From Bacteroidota bacterium (GTDB lineage Bacteria > Bacteroidota > Bacteroidia > Chitinophagales > BACL12): a DNA stretch of 64,000 nt. A model generated the notes under the pieces. It was not told where the DNA came from. It saw nothing but the letters and a program-made list of their open reading frames with translations, and did no database searches. Shown here piece after piece: positions 27,581 through 38,294 of the stretch (positions within the stretch are counted from its first letter, which is position 1; each line of letters opens with the position of its first letter). The stretch is taken from assembly GCA_016706255.1 (NCBI GenBank), contig JADJJZ010000003.1:417914-481913 (forward strand), given 5' to 3'. A program made the position numbers and the translations under genes.

Positions 27581-28856
27581 TTCTACTTGTAGTATAATCT
27601 GGTGTAATTTGTTTTTTGCCAAGATGTAATTTAATAGCCTGAAGGTAATTTAAAGCCAAAACATTTCTGTCAAAATGTACTTTTGCATAACGATAGCCAT
27701 TTTCGCCCTGACTAATTATTAATTCCTTGTTCAACAAATATTTTTCAATTACCTGAGCCAGATGGTGTGGGTTTTCCGGTTCAACAAAAGTGCCGGCATT
27801 TGCAGTTTCAACCAGTGCTCGGGAAACTCCGTCAATGGCTAATACTACCGGTTTTTTGCAAGCCATATAATCAAATGTTTTATTGGAATATACTGTTTTA
27901 AAAGTTTCCGCTTTTTTTAACACTGATAATCCCAAATCACAAGCCAGTATATATTTTAATGCAGCTTCTTTAGTTACAGAATCTATAAAAATTACATTTG
28001 TTAAACCCTTTTGTTTAGCTTTTGCAATTAGCTCCTGTTTTTGCATGCCATCACCAATTAACAAAAACACAACATCCCGGTGCTTTAATAAATCAGCCGC
28101 TTCGAGCACTTGTGTTAAATGATTAGCCACGCCATGTGCACCTACATAACAAAGTGCAAGAGTTTGTTCATTTATACCAATTGATTTTCGATATGCCTTT
28201 ATGTCGAAATTTGCTAATAAATTATCGCTGATATCAAAATCAGCAGCATTTGGGAAATAGATAATTTTTGATTCAGGTATGCCTTTTTTATCAATTAATG
28301 TATCACGCATAGCCGGTGTTAGCACATTAATTAAGGTAGATTTTTTGTATAAAGATTTTTCAAGCCGATAGGCCATTTTAATGGCTGATTTATTTTTAAG
28401 CACCCCCGTATCAATAGCCGACTCCGGCCAAAGGTCTCTGATTTCAAAAATAAATGGTATACGCTTAAATAAACTTAATACCCGTGCTATAATACCCACT
28501 GTTAAAGGTGGTGAGCTCACAATAATACAATCATATTTTTCACGTGCTTTAATTAACCCGCCATAAATACCGGAAAAAACAAATGCAAAATAAGCATTGA
28601 GGCGACCTCTGAAATGATTATTATATGATTTTGAAACATGTGTTCGAATCACCTTAATGCCAGGCGCAAATTGTTCAACATGTACATATTTATTATCATA
28701 CTTAGGATTGCGAATACCTTTTGTGTAATGGGTCATTCCTGCAATTACTGTTACCGTATTGCCTTCTGCAACCCAAATTTTACTCATAGCATTCCATCTC
28801 AAACCACCCGGGTCATCGGTCTCCTGAAAATATTGATGAATGAGTAATATGTGCAT
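27570..28856 (-). CDS. GT4 glycosyltransferase, WbuB-like
   Basis: MHILLIHQYFQ...DPGGLRWN N-terminus is typical of WbuB-type GT4 enzymes, with a C-terminal GT-B E-x7-E region. Confidence 0.7.
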   Translation of the reverse strand: MHILLIHQYFQETDDPGGLRWNAMSKIWVAEGNTVTVIAGMTHYTKGIRNPKYDNKYVHVEQFAPGIKVIRTHVSKSYNNHFRGRLNAYFAFVFSGIYGGLIKAREKYDCIIVSSPPLTVGIIARVLSLFKRIPFIFEIRDLWPESAIDTGVLKNKSAIKMAYRLEKSLYKKSTLINVLTPAMRDTLIDKKGIPESKIIYFPNAADFDISDNLLANFDIKAYRKSIGINEQTLALCYVGAHGVANHLTQVLEAADLLKHRDVVFLLIGDGMQKQELIAKAKQKGLTNVIFIDSVTKEAALKYILACDLGLSVLKKAETFKTVYSNKTFDYMACKKPVVLAIDGVSRALVETANAGTFVEPENPHHLAQVIEKYLLNKELIISQGENGYRYAKVHFDRNVLALNYLQAIKLHLGKKQITPDYTTSRNVS

Positions 28857-28860
28857 GCTG

Positions 28861-30741
28861 TTAAAGGGCTCTGATATGTGTGGTTATTTTATTTGTATGT
28901 GTACTAAAAATGTATTGTTCACATTTTATTTTTTCTGCGTAGCTGCCTGAATAAAACCCTGTTTCAATTTGACGCTCAATATTAATTCCTTGTTCATCAA
29001 CAGCACTAATTACAAAGTTGGTGTCAAAACTAATATCTGGGTGCCATATTTGTTGAACTGGCTTTTTTTCAGAGTTATCAATTATATCTATTATTGTCCA
29101 ATCCGGCCGGCCTTTTATTTTAGTAACCGTTCTTTCATGTGTAATCCATTTTCCGGATTGCCGGAATGCTTTTATTTTCCCGTTAAACGTATAACTGTTT
29201 TCATCCTCAGTTGTGGTAGCATGAATTACTTTGGACCAGAAATACCAAATAAATCTGGGGCCTTTTAACATCTGATCCAATTGATTATATGTTACGGTAT
29301 TGTGCGACTGTGTTCCAAAAAAATATAGGATATCCGATTTATCTGTGTTATATCTAAAGCTGCCACCATCTCTCATTATATTAATATCACCATTCCAAAT
29401 ATCAATATGTAACTGGTCGGCTTGGGATGGTCTGTTTTTAAATGCACAACAGGTAATATAGGTAAATTGTTCTTTTTCTCTAAAAGTATAATACCCGCTG
29501 TCGCTATAATTGCGAACCCCTTTTAATGGTGCATAATTTGTCTGAAACCCGGAAGTTTGATTTTGAAACCATAAAGTGTCTTCAAAAACAGTATTTTCTA
29601 AATACTCAATTCCTAAACTATTTGCCAGGCACTGTAACTGAGGTCTGAAGTCATTAAACAGATTATCATTTAACGGAAAAAATAAGGAACCATCGTTAGC
29701 TCCGTAGTTGGGTAATTTTCCCGTTTTTTCATTCGTGCATTGAATTAAAAATTGTAAGGATGATGTTAATCTTGTAATTAATTTTTCACTAAGCGATATC
29801 GAATTTAATTTTGCTATTTTCAAAATCCATGTGTACACCTGTATTATTACCCGATGGTAATTCATAGAATATTGCAAATAGGTGCCATCGTTGAAAATTT
29901 GGTAAACGCCTTCACGCTCTAAAATCGATAAGGCATATTTTTGCCAGTGTTGCGCTTCCTTCAACTGCGGAAATAAAACACTGTAAACAAATAATGCCGC
30001 AGCTTCTGTTATCACGTGGTTATTGCGAACGAACTTTTCTGCATAATGGAAATTACAATAAATAAGTTGTAATTGTTCGTAAACTGAACACATTATTTTT
30101 TGCCAAACGGCTTCATCAAATTGTTCATCTTGTTGATAGAAGTGTAAAGCAAATAGCCAATTTAAAACACGAATGGCTATTTCCTGGCCCGAAATATAAT
30201 GTGGGCCGAAATTGATTGGATTAGCATCAATAAACGAGGTAATTTCACTAATTACAAATGAAGTTGAATTACTTGAATAATGATGGTCATACCGAATAAT
30301 GTCAAAGAGGTAACAAAAACGAGCTCTTTCCCAAATGTTTTTAATGTCTTCACCTTCAGAGAAATCGTCGAAATCAAGATAATGTTTATCTGCCGTATAT
30401 TTTTTGCCTGTAAAAGGATCGGTATGCCAATCGCGAATGTTTGGAATTGGCAAATATTGTGTGTTGAAAAATGGATAAGCGCCACCAAATATTTTGTTGG
30501 CTTTGGTTTCTAAAACAGGGTTTTGTTTTTTGGGGATAACTATTTGTTCTTGTGGTGGGATAAAAAATTTACAAGTACTATTTTCCCACTCAGATTTTGA
30601 TACCGGAAATATTTTAACAGGTTCAACACTGTGTTTGTTTCTATAAATAACTGATTTACTCCAAATAGAATAAACACCTCTGTTTAATAGATACCTGAAA
30701 CCGGCTTGCTGAAAATATGAAATATATTTATTTATGGCCAA
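28861..30741 (-). CDS. Heparinase II/III-fold (alginate-lyase-superfamily) protein with no signal peptide
   Basis: RNNHVITEAAALFVYSVLFP (the NH...E...AL toroid motif) and QADQLHIDIWNGD...RDGGSFRY (the H-x-H/D beta-sandwich motif) are present. The N-terminus MAINKYISYFQQAGFRY is not hydrophobic. Confidence 0.65.
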   Translation of the reverse strand: MAINKYISYFQQAGFRYLLNRGVYSIWSKSVIYRNKHSVEPVKIFPVSKSEWENSTCKFFIPPQEQIVIPKKQNPVLETKANKIFGGAYPFFNTQYLPIPNIRDWHTDPFTGKKYTADKHYLDFDDFSEGEDIKNIWERARFCYLFDIIRYDHHYSSNSTSFVISEITSFIDANPINFGPHYISGQEIAIRVLNWLFALHFYQQDEQFDEAVWQKIMCSVYEQLQLIYCNFHYAEKFVRNNHVITEAAALFVYSVLFPQLKEAQHWQKYALSILEREGVYQIFNDGTYLQYSMNYHRVIIQVYTWILKIAKLNSISLSEKLITRLTSSLQFLIQCTNEKTGKLPNYGANDGSLFFPLNDNLFNDFRPQLQCLANSLGIEYLENTVFEDTLWFQNQTSGFQTNYAPLKGVRNYSDSGYYTFREKEQFTYITCCAFKNRPSQADQLHIDIWNGDINIMRDGGSFRYNTDKSDILYFFGTQSHNTVTYNQLDQMLKGPRFIWYFWSKVIHATTTEDENSYTFNGKIKAFRQSGKWITHERTVTKIKGRPDWTIIDIIDNSEKKPVQQIWHPDISFDTNFVISAVDEQGINIERQIETGFYSGSYAEKIKCEQYIFSTHTNKITTHIRAL

Positions 30742-32658
30742 TTAATTCTGTCTGCTATCGTTAGTATAAAATTGCTCCATCCAGCTTTGAATCGCCATCA
30801 TTGTTAATATGGTATAGGAGCCATCCACTCGACCCTTTTTATTATCAGCAATTAATTGCTGCACTGCAGGGTAATTAAATATTTGGAATTTGTTTAACGC
30901 TGATTCCGACAAACGCTCTTCCAACATTTCCGCTAAATCATGATTTATCCATTTACGCACAGGAGCGCCGAAGCCTGTTTTGGAACGGTTTACGATATTT
31001 GATGGTAGATGTTTGCCTGCTATTTTTCTTAATACATGTTTTGTTTCTAAATTCCTGAGTTTAAGATTCGGAGGAAGTTTAGTGCTCATTTTTACCAAAT
31101 CCAAGTCTAAAAAGGGAACACGCACTTCTACACCGGCTGCCATTCCCATTTTGTCCGTATAATTTAAATTATGGTCAACTAAAAAAGATTTTAAATCCAA
31201 ATACAACATTTTATTTAATAAACTTTCCTCATCCGGTATCTGTTCCAGTGCGAGATATAAATATTCTTCCGGGTTGTAATTAATAACCTGTGACTGGATA
31301 TCAGGATGGAACAATTGTAAATTATCACAAATCGGAAACCATTCAAAATAACCAATCAAACGCGATATTGAACTATCCTTATTTCTTTTAATGAATTTAT
31401 TTAATCTTCGAATGGTAGGTTTATTTACATCTTTTAACTGTAAATATTTTGTAGCACCATGAAAAATGAACGATGGAACATTTTTAATTAGATTATCCAT
31501 TTTAATCGCCTGGTGGCGGCGGTACCCCGAAAATACATCATCGCCACCTGCTCCACTAATTAAAACTTTTATTCCCATGTTTCTGGCAGCCTCACAAACT
31601 TTGTAAACATATAATGGCGCAAAATCTGCTTGCGGCTCATCAAGATGCCAGATCATTTTGTCAAATTCCTGAACAATACTAATACTGCCATCTACATGGT
31701 GTAATTGAACACCTAACTTTTCCGCTGCTTGTTTGGCGTAATAAAAGTCAGCTTTAAATCCTTCACTTTCTTCGTCATTGCCGCTCTGTATGGTAAAACA
31801 ATTAATGGTAGTATTTGGTGCGCTGCGTTTTGCTTCGGCAACTAACACGGATGAATCGATACCGCCTGATAAGAAAAATCCTACCGGTACATCACTTAAT
31901 AACTGCGACTGAACTGCATTTTGAATTTTATTTTCTACAGTATCAATCCACATTTCATCTGTATAAAATTCTCGTGAACCATCAAATGGTATTTCGAAAA
32001 ACTTCTTTTTTACATAAGTGGAACTATCTTGTGTATTAATAGTAAAACATTCTCCCGGTAATAATTTGCTCACATACAAAAATGGTGTCACTTCACCCGG
32101 CGACCATAAGAAATTCATATAATTTACCAGTGCCCGATAATTTATCGTTTTATCGAACCCATCCAGATATATTAATGATTTTAATTCTGAACCAAAGGCA
32201 AAAGCGGCCCCTTTTTTATAAATATAAAATGGTTTAACACCCATTTGGTCCCTTGCTGCAAACAAATTATGCGATACTTTATCATAAATAGCAAAAGCAA
32301 AAATGCCATTTAACATGTTCAGTATTTTTTCACCAAACTGTATATAGCCTAATAATACGGTTTCTGTATCCGACTGACTGGCAAAAGTTACACCGTAAAG
32401 TGCTAATTTATTTCTGATGTCAAAATGATTATAAATTTCACCGTTAAAAATAATAACATACCGACCGCTTGAATCATACATTGGTTGGTCGCCATGTGCA
32501 CTGAGGTCTTGTATTTTTAAACGATGGGTGCCTAAAATGACTGAATCATCTTCATAAATGCCACTTTTATCCGGACCGCGATGTTTAATTACATCAAATG
32601 CGGCAGCAAACGAATTTTTTGTATTACTATTTTTAATTAATCCTAAAATGCCGCACAT
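30742..32658 (-). CDS. Glutamine-hydrolysing asparagine synthase family amidotransferase (AsnB/WbpS-like)
   Basis: MCGILG is an Ntn nucleophile N-terminus. SGGIDSS is the PP-loop. Length 638 aa. Confidence 0.9.
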   Translation of the reverse strand: MCGILGLIKNSNTKNSFAAAFDVIKHRGPDKSGIYEDDSVILGTHRLKIQDLSAHGDQPMYDSSGRYVIIFNGEIYNHFDIRNKLALYGVTFASQSDTETVLLGYIQFGEKILNMLNGIFAFAIYDKVSHNLFAARDQMGVKPFYIYKKGAAFAFGSELKSLIYLDGFDKTINYRALVNYMNFLWSPGEVTPFLYVSKLLPGECFTINTQDSSTYVKKKFFEIPFDGSREFYTDEMWIDTVENKIQNAVQSQLLSDVPVGFFLSGGIDSSVLVAEAKRSAPNTTINCFTIQSGNDEESEGFKADFYYAKQAAEKLGVQLHHVDGSISIVQEFDKMIWHLDEPQADFAPLYVYKVCEAARNMGIKVLISGAGGDDVFSGYRRHQAIKMDNLIKNVPSFIFHGATKYLQLKDVNKPTIRRLNKFIKRNKDSSISRLIGYFEWFPICDNLQLFHPDIQSQVINYNPEEYLYLALEQIPDEESLLNKMLYLDLKSFLVDHNLNYTDKMGMAAGVEVRVPFLDLDLVKMSTKLPPNLKLRNLETKHVLRKIAGKHLPSNIVNRSKTGFGAPVRKWINHDLAEMLEERLSESALNKFQIFNYPAVQQLIADNKKGRVDGSYTILTMMAIQSWMEQFYTNDSRQN

Positions 32659-32664
32659 AAAATA

Positions 32665-34770
32665 TCAATCAATTTCGATAACCTTTTTTGTAGCAATACT
32701 TTCTTCAGCAGCAAATGTTGCCAAAGTAGTATTTTTTAATGATTCGAAGCTGGTATATGGAGACTTCCCATTTTCTAAAATATCAATTACCGCTGCAAAC
32801 TGTGCGTCATGACCCTTGTCCTGACTGTGCAGCGGATTTTTAAATGTGGTTACTCCAAAAGTTTTCAGGGATTTAAAATTGTCAATTACAATTACCTTAT
32901 TGCCGACAAAGATTTCAATTTTTTCTTTGGGATATTGCTTGCTGCCATTGGCCAGGTAATTTATAGTTCCATGGCTGCCATTTTTATATGTTAAATGAAT
33001 TATTGTATTTTCAAGATGATTAGAAACAGGTGCATCAGTTGCATAAACAGTATTAATTAAACTACCGGTAAAATAACTCATCAGATCAAAGAAATGACAA
33101 GCTTCACCTATTAGTCGGCCACCTCCGGTTTTTTTATTATATAACCAATGGTCATCTGGTAATTTACCTGCATTAATTGTAATTATAATATTCGCCAACA
33201 TGTTATCTCCAACCAATGATTTTGCCTTAACTGCAAGGGGTGCATGACGCCTGTTAAATCCGGCAAATAAGGCCGTTTCTGTTGTATAGTGAGCTGTTAT
33301 TTGCTCAAGCTGTTCTAAATTTAATGCTAAAGGTTTTTCTACAAATACATGCTTACCGGCAGCTAAAAACTGTGCTGTTAGTTCGGCATGTGTATCGTGG
33401 CGTGTTGCTATTATTACAAAATTAACATCTGGGTCGTTTAAAATAATTTGATTATCTGTAATAGCCTGATGAATGCTGTGTTTTTTTGCAATATCGGTAA
33501 CATCTAAACCATCATTGCCGCTAATGTATTTAATATAAACACCGGTTTTCGATAAAGCAGGCAATAAGGTTATTTTACTAAAATTACCTGCTCCAATAAT
33601 TGCTGCAATCGTTTTGCCTTTTGATTTTATATTTTGTGTAACCGTAATACGTTGTGTCGGGTGATTTGAGCCGGAATATGTTATTATCGCAGCAATCGTA
33701 TGCGCATCTGATATTTTATCGTAAAGTGTTATTACATTTTCAAATGCTGTTTTTTGCGTAATTAATGGCGTTACTGCAATTTGTTTTGTTGCAAGCGCCT
33801 TTAGTACAGTCTCGAAATTCCGTTTAGCGGTCCATTTAACATAGGCCTCCGGATAATCTATGCCCTGCTGTTCATATTGCTCATCATAACGTCCCGGTCC
33901 GTATGAGCACGAAACCTGAAATAGTATTTCTTTTTTATAAAACTCGCTACGCTCAAGGTTTAGGTCAATAACTCCAATTAAAATTATGTGCCCGCGTTTT
34001 TTGGTAGCCCTTGCAGCAATATTAATCAGGTTATCGTTTTTTGCGGATGCTGCTATAAAAATCACATCGAATCCAAGCCCATTGTTTTGACTTTCACTTA
34101 TGCTTTCAATAGATGTAGTATTGGTATTATAAGCTTCAATTTGTAATGATTTTGCGATTTGTATTTTTTCAGGTGCAATATCAAAAGCTACAACATGACA
34201 GCCCGATGCTTTTAGTAGCTGACAGGTGATTAATCCGATTAACCCTAAACCAATTACAGCAACAGTATCGCCTATTTGAGGTTTTGCTAATCTGATTGCT
34301 TCCAACGCAATGGAGCCTACAACTGTAAATGCAGCTTCCTCATCTGAAACATTTTCAGGAATTAATGCAACAAGATTTTTTGGCACACAAACAAACTCAG
34401 CATGAGTGCCATTACTTGCCACGCGATCACCAATTTTAAATTCTTTTATATCATCTGCTATTGCAACTACTTCACCTACATTACAATAACCAAGTGGCAG
34501 CGGTTCATCCAATCGCCGGAAAACTGCATCCAGAGTTGGTAATAAACCATCTGTTTTAATTTTATCTAGAACCTGCGCAACACGGTCGGGATTTTGTCGC
34601 GCTTTCGTTATTAAATTTGCTTTACTGAATTCAACCAACATTTTTTCCGTGCCCGTAGATACCAAACTTGTGGTAGTGCGAATTAACACATGTCCGGGTT
34701 TTAGCGCCGGAGAAGGTACATCTTCCAAAATTGTTTTACCGGATTGGAGATGTTGAATCAGTTGTTTCAT
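32665..34770 (-). CDS. Bi-domain oxidoreductase: N-terminal MDR (zinc-ADH-like) fused to a C-terminal Gfo/Idh/MocA domain
   Basis: The first ~350 aa have an MDR Rossmann (VAVIGLGLIGL). The second half has IIGAGNFS...EKPLA, the Gfo/Idh/MocA signature. Confidence 0.75.
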   Translation of the reverse strand: MKQLIQHLQSGKTILEDVPSPALKPGHVLIRTTTSLVSTGTEKMLVEFSKANLITKARQNPDRVAQVLDKIKTDGLLPTLDAVFRRLDEPLPLGYCNVGEVVAIADDIKEFKIGDRVASNGTHAEFVCVPKNLVALIPENVSDEEAAFTVVGSIALEAIRLAKPQIGDTVAVIGLGLIGLITCQLLKASGCHVVAFDIAPEKIQIAKSLQIEAYNTNTTSIESISESQNNGLGFDVIFIAASAKNDNLINIAARATKKRGHIILIGVIDLNLERSEFYKKEILFQVSCSYGPGRYDEQYEQQGIDYPEAYVKWTAKRNFETVLKALATKQIAVTPLITQKTAFENVITLYDKISDAHTIAAIITYSGSNHPTQRITVTQNIKSKGKTIAAIIGAGNFSKITLLPALSKTGVYIKYISGNDGLDVTDIAKKHSIHQAITDNQIILNDPDVNFVIIATRHDTHAELTAQFLAAGKHVFVEKPLALNLEQLEQITAHYTTETALFAGFNRRHAPLAVKAKSLVGDNMLANIIITINAGKLPDDHWLYNKKTGGGRLIGEACHFFDLMSYFTGSLINTVYATDAPVSNHLENTIIHLTYKNGSHGTINYLANGSKQYPKEKIEIFVGNKVIVIDNFKSLKTFGVTTFKNPLHSQDKGHDAQFAAVIDILENGKSPYTSFESLKNTTLATFAAEESIATKKVIEID

Positions 34771-35915
34771 TTAGGTTGTAATTTTTTAATGGCATTTGCA
34801 TTTTTAAGAAGCCATTTTGTAATTCTTTCTGCAGCTTTGCCGTCACCATACGGATTTGTTTTTTTCGACATTTTCGAATAAACACTTTTTGAAGAAAGCA
34901 ATAAGTTGATTTGTTGCACAATTTTATTGATATCTGTCCCTACCAATTTAACCGTGCCCGATTTTATTGCTTCCGGACGTTCAGTTACATCACGCATTAC
35001 TAAAACAGGTTTACCTAAAGATGGTCCCTCTTCCTGTATGCCTCCTGAATCGGTTAATATAAGATAAGCTTCTTTCATTAAATAAATAAAATCAGGGTAG
35101 GAGAGTGGGTCAGTTAAAATGATATTTGGTGTGGCACCAAGTTCTGTTTCAATTGGCGTTTTTATATTGGGGTTTAGATGTACAGGATATATAATTATTG
35201 CATTAGGATTTGTTTTAGCAACTTTTAATAAAGCCTTACAAATATTTGCAAAACCTTTTCCAAAATTTTCTCGGCGATGACCCGTAACTAAAATAATTTT
35301 TTTACCGGAGCCAACAGCCAGTTTTAATCCTAAATCATTTACCTGATTAGAAAATCCAGTCACCTTTTTAGCAGTGTGCAATAAGCTGTCAATTACGGTA
35401 TTTCCCGTTTTTACAATTTTTGTTTTTGCAACGCCCGACTTCACGAGGTTAGTTGTGTTAAGCGTTGTTGGCGCAAAATGAACAGAAGCAATTTGTGAGG
35501 TTAACACCCGATTTGCCTCCTCAGGAAAAGGAAAATTTAAATTCCATGTGCGCATACCTGCTTCAACATGTCCCACTGGAATCCTTCGATAAAATGCGGC
35601 AAGGGCAGCGGCAAAAGAAGTATTGGTATCACCATGCACCAATACAATGTCCGGATTGGCTTGAGTGAAAACAACATCTAAACCGGATATGATTTTAGCA
35701 GTAATAGCATTTAGTGATTGATCGTGCTGCATGATGTTTAAGTCAAAATCAGGGACTATATCAAAAAAGGATAATACCTGATCCAACATACTGCGATGTT
35801 GTGCAGTAACACATACTAAACAATTACTGTTTTTCTGTTTTTTTAGATTTAAAACTACCGGTGCCATTTTAATTGCTTCCGGCCTTGTTCCAATTATTAC
35901 TAAAGTAGTTAACAT
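34767..35915 (-). CDS. wecB: UDP-N-acetylglucosamine 2-epimerase (WecB family; non-hydrolysing versus hydrolysing not resolvable by eye)
   Basis: VIIGTRPEAIKMAPV, HVEAGMRT and TDSGGIQEE motifs. Confidence 0.85.
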   Translation of the reverse strand: MLTTLVIIGTRPEAIKMAPVVLNLKKQKNSNCLVCVTAQHRSMLDQVLSFFDIVPDFDLNIMQHDQSLNAITAKIISGLDVVFTQANPDIVLVHGDTNTSFAAALAAFYRRIPVGHVEAGMRTWNLNFPFPEEANRVLTSQIASVHFAPTTLNTTNLVKSGVAKTKIVKTGNTVIDSLLHTAKKVTGFSNQVNDLGLKLAVGSGKKIILVTGHRRENFGKGFANICKALLKVAKTNPNAIIIYPVHLNPNIKTPIETELGATPNIILTDPLSYPDFIYLMKEAYLILTDSGGIQEEGPSLGKPVLVMRDVTERPEAIKSGTVKLVGTDINKIVQQINLLLSSKSVYSKMSKKTNPYGDGKAAERITKWLLKNANAIKKLQPK

Positions 35916-37198
35916 TATAAGGGTTTTATCGAACCAATTACGATTTTCTTTTTTGTCAGCATTTCCTGATTGGCCTTCAAACGTTTTTGATCATAATAAG
36001 GCGGAATATTAAACAATAACATAAAAATAAACCATGGGTAAAACAAAAACTGACCACCGGTTAAATTACTTTCAAAAAAGGGAATAATTGCAAATGGTGT
36101 TATTAATAGAAAGTATTTAGAATAGTATTTCGCATAATAATAGAACGGTCGAATGATCATAAAATTTATAAACATTAAAAATAATGCAATACCACCGCCG
36201 AATAATACTTCCAGATAGGAATTATGATAGTCACCTAATCCTTCACCATGAATTATTCTTTCGTAATTAAACATACCCGCTCCGGTTACCCATAAATATT
36301 TATCTTCATTAAATTCACTAATGGCGAGTTTTGCTGTATTAAACCGGGCTTCCCCAGTTTCTAACTGTGTTTCAGTATCATTTAAACGTGTTTGCAACGA
36401 AGAGTCCGGTAAGTTATAAAACCATATGATACCTGCAATCGGTAAAATGGCCAGTAATATTTTGAAATCGGTTCGTATTGTTTTTAAACGGAGCGCAAAA
36501 ATTACCATGGCTAAAGCTATTGCCAGCCATGATGCCCGGTTCCCACTTATTAATACAAGATATAATGCTACTACATTGGTAAACAATAAAAATATTTTAT
36601 ATGTTTTTCCGGGTTTTGTACTTAGCCATACATCCAGACTGGTTATCATGAATACAGCACATGACCAGCCATATTGATTGGATACTAAAAACTGACCTTC
36701 GGTTGATCCCTGCCCGTAAATGGTAGTTTGTGAAAATCCGGCCCCGCTTAGCAAGAATAAAAAGACCGGCATTGCGTAAATAATATTGAATGACCTTGCA
36801 AACGCCTTCAGCAAGGCAAATGCATTGTATTTATTTGTTAAATTATGAATGGATACATACAAATATAAAAAAGGTAATAAAAAAGTCATCGAACGCGAAA
36901 TGGCAAAATAAACGTTCTCAGCAAAAAAAGTCATGAGTAATACCCAAAATGAAAATACCATCATATAAAGAAACGTTGGGCTGGGAATTGGATTTTTACC
37001 CAATTTGGCATTTCTGAATAAAGAAAAAATAGAAAGCACTAAAACAAAACTTTTTACAATTTTCATTATACCTACCGATTGCAATTCTGTATAAACGGCT
37101 AAGGCATAACCGAAAATCACCAGAAAAGCATTAATATTCAGTAATATGAAATCCATATCTCTGAATATTTTTTTATTTTCGGATAATTGCTTACTCAA
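35915..37198 (-). CDS. O-antigen ligase/polymerase-like polytopic membrane protein (Wzy candidate)
   Basis: ~10 TMs and a Wzy_C-like segment (GNRASWLAIALAMVIF) followed by a large loop. The stop overlaps the wecB ATG (TAATG). Confidence 0.6.
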   Translation of the reverse strand: MSKQLSENKKIFRDMDFILLNINAFLVIFGYALAVYTELQSVGIMKIVKSFVLVLSIFSLFRNAKLGKNPIPSPTFLYMMVFSFWVLLMTFFAENVYFAISRSMTFLLPFLYLYVSIHNLTNKYNAFALLKAFARSFNIIYAMPVFLFLLSGAGFSQTTIYGQGSTEGQFLVSNQYGWSCAVFMITSLDVWLSTKPGKTYKIFLLFTNVVALYLVLISGNRASWLAIALAMVIFALRLKTIRTDFKILLAILPIAGIIWFYNLPDSSLQTRLNDTETQLETGEARFNTAKLAISEFNEDKYLWVTGAGMFNYERIIHGEGLGDYHNSYLEVLFGGGIALFLMFINFMIIRPFYYYAKYYSKYFLLITPFAIIPFFESNLTGGQFLFYPWFIFMLLFNIPPYYDQKRLKANQEMLTKKKIVIGSIKPL

Positions 37199-38294
37199 AC
37201 CTTATGATTTTGGTTACAAAATTGCTAAATAACGCCTGCAGGTTAAATTGTTTAACATATGTAAGGGCAGCTAAACGTTTTTCGGCTGCTAAATTAGTAA
37301 AAGTAAGGGCTTCATGAATTGCCCCTGCTAAGTCTGTAATATTTCCCGGCTCCACCATCCATCCATTTTTACCATTGTCCATAACTTCAGGAATGCCACC
37401 GGTGTTAGAAGTAACAATTGAACAACCTAAAGCCATGGCTTCTAAATTTGCTACACCCAAAGCTTCTTTAAAAGAAGGGACACAGAAAATATCTGCCGAT
37501 TTCATCAGCTCATATATTTTTTCCTGCGGCACAATGCCTTCAAACTGCAAATGCACATCACTGCCCTTCAATTTTTCTAAAAGTTGATCGGCTACATAGT
37601 GCGGTGTGCCTGCAACTATGAAAGTCAACGGGCGATTCAAATTTTTAAGTGCTTCAGCAAGTATAAACAACCCACCCCGTTGATAGTCATTTTTTACAAA
37701 TAAAATTACAGGTTCGGTGTTGTTTCTTGGTGATAAAAATGGCGCTATTTCAATTGCTTTGTATAAATAATTTATTTTTCGTGGTGCAATAGCATATTTG
37801 ACTTTTAAATAATTATAGAGATAGTTTGAGTTTGCTACTATTTTTCTACAGGTTTTTGAGGCAAGCCATTCAGTAATAAAAAACACATGCGCTTTATTCC
37901 ACTTAAATTTTAAAAAACCGGCCTTAAAATTGGCAGATGCATTATTATCGTCATTTATAAAGCCAATCGTGTTTTTGAACCATATGCCACTCCATAAACC
38001 AATAATGGCATTGTTGTAAATAAGAATATCAAACGGGTAACCATTTTTCCGAATATGCATTGCTGTGGAGTGATATTGAAACATCCGTAAAAACATACCG
38101 GCAGGTTTTAATACTGAGGGGATATTTAAATTTTGTTTGTAAACTTTTCCTGCAATAGGTTTTTGTACATCTTCAGTTAATACCCGAACTTCGTAATCAG
38201 GATATACATCCTGTAATCGCAATAACAAATGAGCAAATTTTGCCGGGCCATTCGATACCACCTCAAAAGCATTTGTGCAAAATAATATTTTCAT
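37191..38294 (-). CDS. GT4 family glycosyltransferase
   Basis: C-terminal SFKEALGVANLEAMALGCSIVTSNTGGIPEV is the E-x7-E GT-B motif. Confidence 0.75.
   Translation of the reverse strand: MKILFCTNAFEVVSNGPAKFAHLLLRLQDVYPDYEVRVLTEDVQKPIAGKVYKQNLNIPSVLKPAGMFLRMFQYHSTAMHIRKNGYPFDILIYNNAIIGLWSGIWFKNTIGFINDDNNASANFKAGFLKFKWNKAHVFFITEWLASKTCRKIVANSNYLYNYLKVKYAIAPRKINYLYKAIEIAPFLSPRNNTEPVILFVKNDYQRGGLFILAEALKNLNRPLTFIVAGTPHYVADQLLEKLKGSDVHLQFEGIVPQEKIYELMKSADIFCVPSFKEALGVANLEAMALGCSIVTSNTGGIPEVMDNGKNGWMVEPGNITDLAGAIHEALTFTNLAAEKRLAALTYVKQFNLQALFSNFVTKIIRFE

Noticed and set aside
28636-28655. A gttcgaatc motif resembling a tRNA T-arm.
   Set aside because: It lies inside the GT4 coding sequence, and no acceptor or anticodon stems can be drawn around it.
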